NCBI GenBank assembly: GCA_905178155.1
Contig: CAJINV010000013.1
Location: 1,063,790-1,127,789 of the forward strand
Origin: Amoebophrya sp. A120
Taxonomy: Eukaryota > Protista > Dinoflagellata
Direction of reading: 5' to 3'
DNA length: 64,000 bases
Under the pieces are notes generated by a model. That model made no database searches. It saw only the letters and a program-made list of their open reading frames with translations, and was not told the DNA's origin. A program made the position numbers and the translations under genes. The number at the start of each line of letters is the position of its first letter. Position 1 is the stretch's first letter. Shown here piece after piece: positions 50,272 to 60,326 of this stretch.

Positions 50272-52305
50272 CTGCGTCAGGGAGGAGGTAGGGGTAATCG
50301 CGGCAGATGCTGGTCTTTGCGCCTCATCGCTCGTGGTCCCCGCCCCACTGGTGATGCAGATCCACCTTCCGGCGTTTCGGGGACAGCAGCAGCAGCAGCA
50401 GAGGGTCGTACTGAGAGTTCTTGTTCGTCCTCCTGCGCAGTTGTCGAAGATGAAGTGGCTGCTCGTCCTTCGCCTGCTCGATTGAACAGGAGTTTCTTGC
50501 CTTTGCCAATTTTTTTCGCTCGCATCCCGGTGCCTGCGGCAGACTTTCTCCAGCGGTGGCGCTCCTTCGTGTTCCCCTGCACAAGTTGGTACGCACTTGC
50601 GGTCTGGAAGTATGAATAATGCCCACTCGTATTGTTCGCCGCAAGAACCCCAAAGGCGAGCACGACATTCGTGGTCCGAGATGAAAATGAAGAAAGTTGA
50701 CGAGAAGCTGTGCCGTGGATCATTGCCCCGCTCCTACACTTCTCCCGCCACGCATGCCGATCATGTATCATTAAGCCGCACGACTGCCCTCGGGGCCACG
50801 AGGTGCCACTGCATCGGTCGCCGCCACGAACGTGTTCGAGGACGTCGTCGGACATCATGGCTCGCTGCTGACAAAAGGACCCAGCTGCGTCGCTTACTTA
50901 GGGTTTTCCCCCGACGTAGAAGAAGATGAAAATTCAGAAAATTGTAAAAGTCACTGGAAACAAATCAAAACCCGACGAGAACTGATCGCCTTTGGCGACC
51001 TGGTTCAGGTAGGTCCGGAGCTTAGGAGCAGAGGACTTCTACAAACGGACGCAAACCTGTTTTTATTCAACTACATCGGACGAATTATGGACAAGAAAAC
51101 ATACGACCAATGCTATTTCAAGGAGTGGACGACGGACAACGACACAACGGCAGGAATTGACCTAATGACGAAAGTCTTAAACACGGTTGAAAAAACTAAA
51201 AACGAAAAATCTAGTTTCTGTCGCTGCGAGAAAGGGTTTATGTAAGTAGTGTCTGAACGGCAGAGCCAAGAAAGTAGCATTTGATTGTTGCACGATAAGA
51301 TGAACGAAACGATGACATGCACGATCGAGAACGTAAACCTAAACACAGAATCCCTGAAATGAAAATGCAAGCTCGACGAAGAAGATATTCAGGACCAGGG
51401 AACATTGCTGCATGATCCGAAAAGCAGAAGTGGGGTTTCCCGCGAGAAGTGCAAGGAAAGCTATTCAGCTTCTACTTGTACGGCGGCTATGTGCTGTGGA
51501 GTTGTCACTCCTTCTCGTTGCAAGTATGTACAGTGTCAATGACGAAGGCCGCAACGTCGACGTCTCAATAAAAGACTCGTCCCCCACATGTAGCATATTG
51601 TAGTAAAGAACCTGATTTCCTTTTTTTCTTGTGTACACGAAGATATTCATCCTATCATCAAAACTGCAAGGGCACACCATGCGAATCCGGCGCAAGCCGC
51701 GTGCCCTTCACTGTGGAGTGTTGTTGAAACTGGTAAATCAGGCAACCATTTCGTCCAAATCTAAAAAGTTTATAGCAAGATAACACTCACATTCATACTC
51801 AAGACTATCAATCTGAATCTGTTCAATTTTTACATGAAAATAATGTAGTTGCAAATCAAAGAAAACAGGCAAAAACGCGAAGAAAATTTTTGCTACTTAA
51901 CCACGATTTTCGTTTTCAATTTTGGTACATCACACCCAAACAAACAGTTTGTGACAGTTTGTGTTGAAGTCGTTCTCGTTGCCCTGAGCGGAGGCATGAT
52001 CCTGAAACTGAAACTCGGTCGTCCAATGCCGCCTTTTGTTCTTCAAAAGTAGTTGCATAATTCTGTAATTTTCATCTATCGCACACCATAAAAACAACGA
52101 TCGTATTTGTTCATAACAGAAAGACACGATGGTACACGTGGTACTGAAGGAAGTAAGTTGTGAATCATAAAGCATAGAAGTAAAAAAAGTCAAATAGTCA
52201 GTGTCGATGTCGATCAAGAAACGGATTCGATTCTTAACGAGGAAATTATGCCGCATGAATTTATTTGCACCATAGCAAAAGAAACCTCACCTCCCAACAT
52301 CGCCG

Positions 52306-55300
52306 CTACTTTTTCCAGTACGGATGGTCTTCTTTAAACTGCTCCCAATCTTCCAGGTTAAGATCATTCGCCTCCATGAAGAACTCTGCCAATTCTATGA
52401 CCTGCTCAGGTGTTGTTCCAATCTCCAGCGTTACATTGGAAGTGGAGCTTTGTGATGCAAAGAGAGCACGATCTGGCCTATTTGCTCTAACAGGAACAAA
52501 TACGCATGACAAGTTCTTGAGTCCCAAACTGCCTGAAGATCCGTCGAATTTTGCATAAAAGCGGAACACTTTGTGTGTCTGTCATGCTGATTGTGCAAGA
52601 TGGAATCCAGATTCTTTTGTAACGTTTGAGATTGTAACCTGTGACAGGGTCATAAACTCCAGCTCATGATTCTTTTCTCGTCGATCCTCGTAGATTTCGC
52701 CCAGAAACACGAACTCGCCCGAAAAGATCCGGACAATGCGCCACAACCTGTAATTACAGACACATTTTCATCGTATGAATTCGCTTACATGATTTCGCGT
52801 CAAAATGCCTGCGGCTCGTGCTTAAAATTCCCTTTCCCTTTGTCATGCACTATACAATTATTTCTACTACGTACAACTTGTAGTTCGAACTGAAACTAGC
52901 ACGACTTTCCCATTCGATATCGTAGGTACTGTGCATCAGAAAGTTTTGCCGCATCATGATCGAGGGTGCAGCATCTCACTACAATTCGACGAGTTATTTC
53001 AGAAAGCAACTACTGTACCGCAGAGCCACAACCATGTCCAGCTCTTCGATTTGTTCTGGGAAGACCACCTCTTGGATGAAGGACATGGGGACAACGATCG
53101 CGTCGATCCACATCCCCGCGATCTTCATTTTGGTGCCAACACTATGGGAGTGTCAGGTTTGAAATCGACAGGGTTCAAATATTAATTTCTCTGCCTCAAT
53201 ACAGCATGGCAAACTGGCTTCAGGTGCTCCAAACATTTGTCACCACGCGCCACACAGAAATAAGGGTCACAGAACTGGAACTTGTATCCGTATCGCTTTT
53301 ATGCATTACAAAGCATTTGAACCTCGTCGATTTCAAACCTGAGGCCGCGATAGACAAAGAAGTGCTCGTACAGCCCGTTGGCCAAGATGTGCAGCACCAG
53401 CTCCACCATGAAATGCAAAAATGTCTGGGTCTGGAAGGATCCGAACTTGTCATGCTGATTTTGTATTCCAACAAAATCTGTATTGCATGAGCAGCAACGA
53501 GAGTCCAAGTTTTGCTACACGGGAAGAGCATTTGTCGTGCGGTATAGGCATCAGGAAGCCCTCACAAAATCTGTGATGCTAGGGCATGCATCACAGACAT
53601 CAGGAGTCATGCAAAATGTGCATGACAAACCTGGCAATCTTCCAGACCCAGACATTTTTACACTTGATATCCACCATGAATAAGCAGATCACGCACAGAC
53701 TGATCGTCTCGAACACCTCCTTTATTTCGGCCCAGTACCCCACGTAGATGAGCAGCTTCCCACTCCGCCGGTGGGGTACTGTACTCGCGTCCTGCTCACC
53801 CCCTGCGGTCTTGCCCTCGGTACTCCCGGTCTCCTGCTGTGGTGTATTTTTTTCTGTTTACCGGTCGCGGAGAAAAGCATGAACACCGAACATTCAATCT
53901 AATCTCAAAGTAACGAGAGATAGAGTACTTGTAGAAAGTACTTGTATTCTTGTGGAAAGGACCCACCTGCTTTTGTATTTGTACCGAAATAGCAGGACAA
54001 TAAACATCAAAATCGATCGAACAGATACGCCTTCTCCTGCTGCTGCTGGTGTGGTTTCCGGTGGGTGTGTTTCAGCCAAAGCTGCATGATCACCGGTTGC
54101 CCGTCCCTCGTCTGGTTTATGGAAGATTGCTCAGATGTTACAATCTCAACCGTTACAATACACTCGGGACTTCGTCTTGCACAAGCAGCATGAGAAACGT
54201 AAAGAGCCTTGCTCTTTTCGCAATTTTGCTAGATTTCAATGAAGTTTGGGGCTGCGGAACTTGTCAACATGCGCAATCCTGTGGGAGTACGTAGGCTAGA
54301 TCATGCACTTTTGGCAGCAAAGCTCTTCCTATTCTATTGTAACGCTTGAGATTGTAACACCTGAGCAGGTTATATGTTTTTGCTTTCGTTTTTGTAAGTC
54401 CCTCGGCATCCACGGCCACCGATACGAGGAAAGAGGTCGCACCGTCGTCATCTTCCCGCGTGGGCAGCTGTTTCTATCCACTGCAAATATGTCTGGGTCT
54501 TGAACCTTGTACTGCTAGTCTGAGTCTGTGAATTGACACTACAATATGTAGCCACGCATGCTACATGTTGCGTAAAATTCCGCACGAGCTATTGCGTTTC
54601 TGCATCTCTGGAAAGAGGCGCGAGTTTCGGGGCACATGCGTCGATCACAGTTGTAGAGTTCAGAGTCATGTCAGACATGCATCATGACAAGTCTTGTAAT
54701 GTTCCGGAACTAGACGTAGACCTAGACATATTTGCAAATTGCATAGGTCCCTGCGGCCTATCAGACAGGAAAGGAGCAGCTAGCAAATATCATCAAAAAT
54801 GCAAAAAGACATACACAAGATTGTTTGCCTTACACAATCTCAGAGCATCTCCTGCTTGAGATATGAACGACAGATGTATTTCATTTTTCTCTTCTCGGCG
54901 TGGATTATCATATTTCTGCTTCACAAATATGGTAGAATGCTAGCTTTTTTCTCTGCGATACGTGTAGTCCGCTGCGGACGCGACCGCATGCTCCCGTGGA
55001 CATGCGGAGTGTCGTCAGCAGGCTCGGGTTGTTCTGTGGCATCGTTGCGGTGGTGGTCCTCCGGATGAGCAGAATGCTGTGCGGCGCCCGTTGCCTCGGG
55101 TGAAAACTGGTCCGGGCTGTCCCAAACGGGATATTGCAAATGCTCCGCGACGTTTGACCATGCTGGCGCGACGGGAAGCTCCGACACGGGGGGCACCGCA
55201 GGAACGTAGTTGTACAGGTGCGATAAAGGGTGGTCGTGGTGCCCAGTCAGAGCATGCTGGTCGTCGTGGTCCTTCTTCTCAGCCTCTTGGTCGTGCAGGT

Positions 55301-58043
55301 TTGTCACATCACCCGTTCTTCCGGCAGAGTACTCATCGTGTAGTTGCTCCACTGCCGCGCCGTCGTTTCCGGCGCTGCCCTCCTGGTCTTTTCCTTCCTT
55401 GAGTGCTGTTTTTTTGTTTGATTCGCGCTCACGCTGTTTCTGGGATTTTTTTTTTGAGACGACGAGGTGGTAAAAATAGAGTATATCTCGATTTTCCTTT
55501 TCAGCGGCACCAGACACATGTCCTGTCGCACTGAAGTAAATGAGTAAATTTCAAACGTCGCACCACAATCCATTTATGTTTATGATTTACACTTTCACTT
55601 GATGTAGTAGCTGCCTGCGAACCAATCTTACGCACGGTAGTGAGTAGTTGTTAATAACAGGTACTACTGGATATCGCAACAAGTTATTACTATTAGTCAC
55701 AGTCAGCTACACAGGAAAATCGAAATTTAATAACTACCCTCCATCGCCAATGTGTTCAGGCGGCTCTGATATCCGCGTTCGGATTCTGGCACGACCTCGC
55801 CATCTCCTTTTCTTTCTGTATCGCCTGCTCAGGTGTTTTCACAATCTCAACCGCTACAATATTTAAAATGCCTTCCATGGACAACTACGTGAGGAACATT
55901 CAGTAGAGACGACTACCTAGCACTAGCACTTTACTTCGCAATGCAAATAATTCCGTCGGATTCTAGTGGGGTTCTTTGGGGCTCCTGAATTTGTCCTGCG
56001 TATTCCTGCGAGAGCAAGAAGTTGCAGTCCAAGGTCTAGTTCAGATTGTGCACAACTCTTTGCATCACAGATCTCCGACGTTCCTTTCAAAAATACTCAT
56101 TCGGAAAAACGGTTGAGCTTGTAGTAACACCTGAGCGGGTCATATTCTGTCGTTCTGTTTTTTCTGTGCTCCGCGAACTTGAGGTGCAGGTGGTCCACGT
56201 CCAGCTGCTGCTCCAGAGCCTCGTCGCCGCAGCCGTCGCCCACAAGTTCGTCCGCCGCGATATCGTAGATGCAGCCGTTATGAATTGCAAAAGTGTCTGG
56301 GTCTGGAAGAATGGAAGGTCTGTCATGCTCTGCTAGCATGACTCCAAAGTCTGTTATGCTTGTTACCCAAAAGCCCCATTTTTGTGTCATGCCGAAACGC
56401 GGTTTCGGTTTGTCAGGCAGAATACGCAACACCTATCAAGTCAGGAACTTGGCATGCTGAGCCGTCTCTTGTGGCGTCCTCAGGATTCGCCAACCAGCAT
56501 CACAAGTTTCCAGATCGTCCAGACATATTTGCATTTGATAGCTGTGCACGTCGTCCAACTTGGGACGGTGGATAAACGCCTTCCTTTCAATCTCCTGAGT
56601 AAAAACGTCCCCACCCCATAGTTGTAGCTCTCATGCAAATCAGCAAACCTAAAGACATTTCTCATGCGCAGCCCCATGAGGAGCATTTTTCAATGGTATC
56701 TCGGAGTTTGTCATGCTGGAACCAGGATAAGGCGATCTACTTGTGATGCGGCTGCACAGGCTAAACACGACTAAGCTGCGAGCCGAAATTTGTCATGCGC
56801 AATGCCCAAACCTTGTGGATTTGTGTAGCAAAGCCCCCATTACTTGACTATGGGGTGGGGACGTAGTTTTTACACAGGATATTCAACCTCGGTCATGCTT
56901 TCGTGGTCCGGAATGTCGACGCGGACCTCCACGTCGTAATACTCGTCCGGGATTTCGTGCAGTCCGTTCCACTCCCGCGGCACTTCAATGACGGCATCGA
57001 GCATTATGTTCATCGCGACCATGGTCACATCCACGATGATCAAGAGAAGGATGAGCAGCTCGAATTTCGGGGAGTGGTGAAACAGCTTCACCAGAAACCG
57101 CTTCCACTTCGGCATCCTCGGGTGTAGTCCATCATATGCATTGCAAATTGTTGCATGTCTGGGTCTGGTGGAAGAGCTCCACCAGGCAAGTTGTGACGCT
57201 AAATCTCGAGCTGACAAAAATCTGTATTTCGGCATCAGTGCCAAACGCTGCCCACTCTTTGTCTTTGCTACAGATTCGCGTGCAAAACTTGTACACGTAA
57301 TGCTCATGCTTCACATCCTCTGAACCAGACCATTTGTCTACTCCAGAAAATGCATCATGTCAAGCAAGTGCAAGCAGCCTTGTTCCAGACCCACACGACA
57401 CACTTGCATTTGATAGTTGGTTCCTGTTAGCTACATCGCCACCGGCGGCCGCAGCGTCCCGCTCGTTGTTGCTCAAAACGGAGGCCTCATGCAGCCGCAC
57501 CAGCTCGTCCTGCGCGAACAAAGCGTACTGCGCTCGTTCGTCCAAGTCGCTCCTGTTCGTCTTGGACGTCGCACTGTGAGACGTTGCATTGCCACCAGAA
57601 ATTTCGCCGGAGGCACTTTCCCGCCGCGTCCTGCGGACGATTTGGGTTCCGCTCGGCGGCTCCCGATCCGGCGCAGAGCTCGGCAGCCGGTCGTTCACCG
57701 TTATCAAACGTTGCTCGACATCGATGTAATCGCTTGCCGGCAAGGCGAAAGAGTTGGCGGGGGTAGTTCGGTCGAAATTCTGTGCGCTGCGCGACGAGGA
57801 CGACACACCTCCCGTCGCTCCAGTGCCTGTAGTGGCAGACACGGATAGTTGTTCTTCGGTCGTACTTGCCGCTCCACCATCTACGGCCCCAGCAGCCCCC
57901 GTAGCATGATCCCCGGACGCAGACGATGTACTGTTCCGCTTCCCCTTGCCCTTCCTCTCGTTTCGGTTTCCCCGATTTGAGGATCCCTGCTTGTTGCCTG
58001 AAGGGGCCGTCGAGGGACTAGAACCACCACCGGGTTCGGACAT
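52306..58043 (-). CDS. HVCN1: Voltage-gated proton channel (Hv1) with a very long S1-S2 loop, about 14 exons
   Basis: S1 KFELLILLLIIVDVTMV (selectivity-filter Asp), S2 EVFETISLCVICLFMVE|LVLHILANG, S3 WIDAIVVPMSF, S4 VVALR|LWRIVRIF (RxWRxxR). No pore domain; stop after HPYWKK at 52306. Nine TIR elements plus GT-AG (e.g. 52748..53018) and GC-AG introns. Confidence 0.9.
52396..52654. mobile_element. Introner-like TIR element, family F4 (TIR TATGACCTGCTCAGGTGTTACAATCTCAACCGTTACAA)
   Basis: TSD AATTC/AACTC; removal gives NHELE|LAEFFMEAND. Confidence 0.85.
53153..53342. mobile_element. TIR element, family F6 (TCAGGTTTGAAATCGAC..GGTTCAAAT), coinciding with a possible GT-AG intron 53142..53338
   Basis: 28-bp TIR with 2 mismatches; no 5-bp TSD; lies between the S2 and S3 exons of Hv1. 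Confidence 0.8.
53407..53669. mobile_element. Introner-like TIR element, family F1
   Basis: TSD TCCAC at 53402-53406 and 53670-53674; splits the conserved S2 FMVE|L codon. Confidence 0.92.
54118..54374. mobile_element. Introner-like TIR element, family F4
   Basis: TGCTCAGATGTTACAATCTCAACCGTTACAATA and TATTGTAACGCTTGAGATTGTAACACCTGAGCA; TSD TGGTT/TGTTT; in-frame KAKT|DEGRAT. Confidence 0.85.
54475..54745. mobile_element. Diverged F1 element
   Basis: TGCAAATATGTCTGGGTCT and AGACCTAGACATATTTGCA; TSD GTTTC/GGTCC (2 mismatches); in-frame GRRD|QLPTRE. Confidence 0.75.
55819..56144. mobile_element. Introner-like TIR element, family F4
   Basis: TSD TTCTG at 55814-55818 and 56145-56149; in-frame NRTTE|RKGDGE. 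Confidence 0.87.
56279..56540. mobile_element. Introner-like TIR element, family F1 (inverted orientation)
   Basis: TSD GCCGT/GCTGT; in-frame DDVHS|CIYDI. Confidence 0.87.
56591..56881. mobile_element. Introner-like TIR element, family F5 (TIR CCTG.GTAAAAA(CTA)CGTCCCCACCCCATAGT)
   Basis: TSD TTCAA at 56586-56590 and 56882-56886; in-frame TEVE|RKAFIH. Confidence 0.87.
57135..57415. mobile_element. Diverged F1 element with no recognisable TSD
   Basis: TATGCATTGCAAA...TGTCTGGGTCTGG and CCAGACCCA...TTGCATTTGATA; removing the element plus 5 nt still gives in-frame NRNQR|LHPRMPKW. Confidence 0.75.
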
Positions 58044-60326
58044 TTCGTTTCGTGGTTTACTGGTACTTCACTCCCGTGCCTGTGATGCCTGAAACAGTGC
58101 GAAAAATACGAGAACTCGGGGACGAGCTTAGTCGTTCCTACTTGCAGATGAGAACTCCAGAAACAACGACAGACTGAAGATTATGAAATTGGATCATCTC
58201 AAAGAAGGTGGAGCTGCCATAGAGAGATTAATTGATTTTCTGATGAAGCGATCAACAGATTTATCTTTACGCAAATAGCCTGTCTTCGAAGTTTTTTTTC
58301 TTCCTTCGAAAAAAAAACAAAGCTATAAACAAAGGGAGTTGGCAGGATACGGTTTGACCGAGAAATCGCGTAAAAGTGGTCGGTGGATGGGAAATTCGAA
58401 ATACAAGCGATCAAAAGTAGAAGATAAACCACGAAGGATTTGGTCAGATTGCGACGACGGAGGGCACCGAGCGCGATCCTTTACGACTTGCGACTTTTAC
58501 TCGCGCTACGATCTTCTACGAGTCTGCTTGGAGTTTCGAAGTTGACAGGATCTTACAATGTGCCCACGATATTTCCTTGTGTCCAGGAGTGCACGACTTT
58601 GGTCAACGTGCTTGGTATAATGAAATGCAAATGCTTTTTTAAACTCAAGCTACGAGAAATTTGGTCATACTTATTTCAACGCACACCATTATATCCCTGT
58701 TTCCGTACAGAGATCAACGCCGGAGTCGCGTGCCCACGATTCTCACGGTTTAGACGACTACGAACTACTCGAAGATGAAATAAAGACACGAGGAGTGGAT
58801 GTCAACCTGATCATGTATCATGCGGACCTCCACGCGACCACAATCGCAAACTAGTAGCTCTACAACTCTTTTGCACAGCATCTTCGACTGGTGCAGAAGA
58901 AGCATTTTTGTACACCTAGTCGTGTCGAAGATCTATCGGAATGCCTAGCGATAAGCAGGACCATGGGTAACGTTCCCCCGTCGAACATACTCGTCACAAG
59001 ATGAAACAAGATGCGTTGCAGCACGAACGCAAGTACTTACTCGGTCTAGTACGTTCTACTAGCACAACAGCTGCTGCACTGCGAATGCGAAATAAGCATA
59101 GTGTTCTGAATAATAAACGCCAACTCTGTATACAGGAGCAAGATAAACTTGCGGAGCATCTTTATTCTGAATCTGAAACAAGCTAATATACTATGTACAT
59201 AAGCGTGTAAAATTGATCTGCCTCTGCTTCATGCGAGTTCTCTGCTCGCTGGTCTGCTGGTTTTGCTGTAAAACTTTTTTAGTTTCAAGTTTAGTACCCA
59301 TCTAATATCGCGCGCGCACGCATTTGGTTACCAGATCATGTACGAGATAGAGATACAGGCTGCGCAACCATGATTGCAATGAACGGAAACCCGGAGCATT
59401 TGCGGATACCCCTTTTCTCCCTCTCACCCCTGCCTCACACGGCGCAGTTTGGAAAGATAGCACTGCCACTGGCGCGCACTGCAGAAGCATATGTCCGATG
59501 GATCCTGCAGTCTCTCTCCAGCAAGCCTGCTCTACTCCGGAGAAAGCCTATGTAACGGTTCAGTATGCAAGTGTCTTCCAAATCAGCGAAAAAAAATTCA
59601 GGCGCTCTGCGCGCGCGGCGTCGGATGTTAGTTTGTTCTGGGTGAAGTGAAGTGAATCGCAAGAGCCTCCGAAGCGGTTTTCTCAAACTCTTGAGCGGAC
59701 CACTACAGCGCTCGTTTTCGGGGCGATGCAGTACTCTTAAATTGGGCATGAGAGGTCACGCGCGCCCCCGGGCAGACCTAAATCAGGCACAGCCAGGACG
59801 CCAGCACCACTTGACATGGAGGTCAGTGCGCATGCACGCCGGATCGTGGAGAAGGCGGCGCCGCAGCTTATTTTGGACATCCTCCGATTCGAAAACCCCG
59901 CAACGGAGCCGTGCCTCGTCCTCGGAGTACTTGTACTATAATGGATTGTCCTGAAATATCACAGTAGCGCTATCAAATACACAGAGTCGAGATTGGCGCA
60001 AGCAAACAAGAAATCTCTGCTGGCCTAGGGTCTTTTCCATTGCGACATGTGCTTATCCTGATTCTTACCGACGACATTGTTACATGTTGGTTCCATCTAT
60101 CTTGAGACGTGGCACAGTCAGAACTGAGTAAGTATCTTAATTTGCAAGTAGAGAAATCACACTCGATGAATTTTCATAAGAAGGACACATCAAACTGTTC
60201 AAAGCCCGAGACAGAACTTTGTAATTGTAGCTCAATCTTGTTACTTAAACTTACGTAATATTCATTTCGCATTTATTTTAATCACACGAAAGGTTGTCAC
60301 TTCCTCCGTTGCACATCAAAACAACA

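Noticed and set aside
13409-57579. Recurrent short peptides in the ORF track (FQTQTFLHLI, NAKVSGSG, KCKSVWVW, PDPDIF)
   Set aside because: They are translations of the F1 TIR in different frames, not a protein repeat family.
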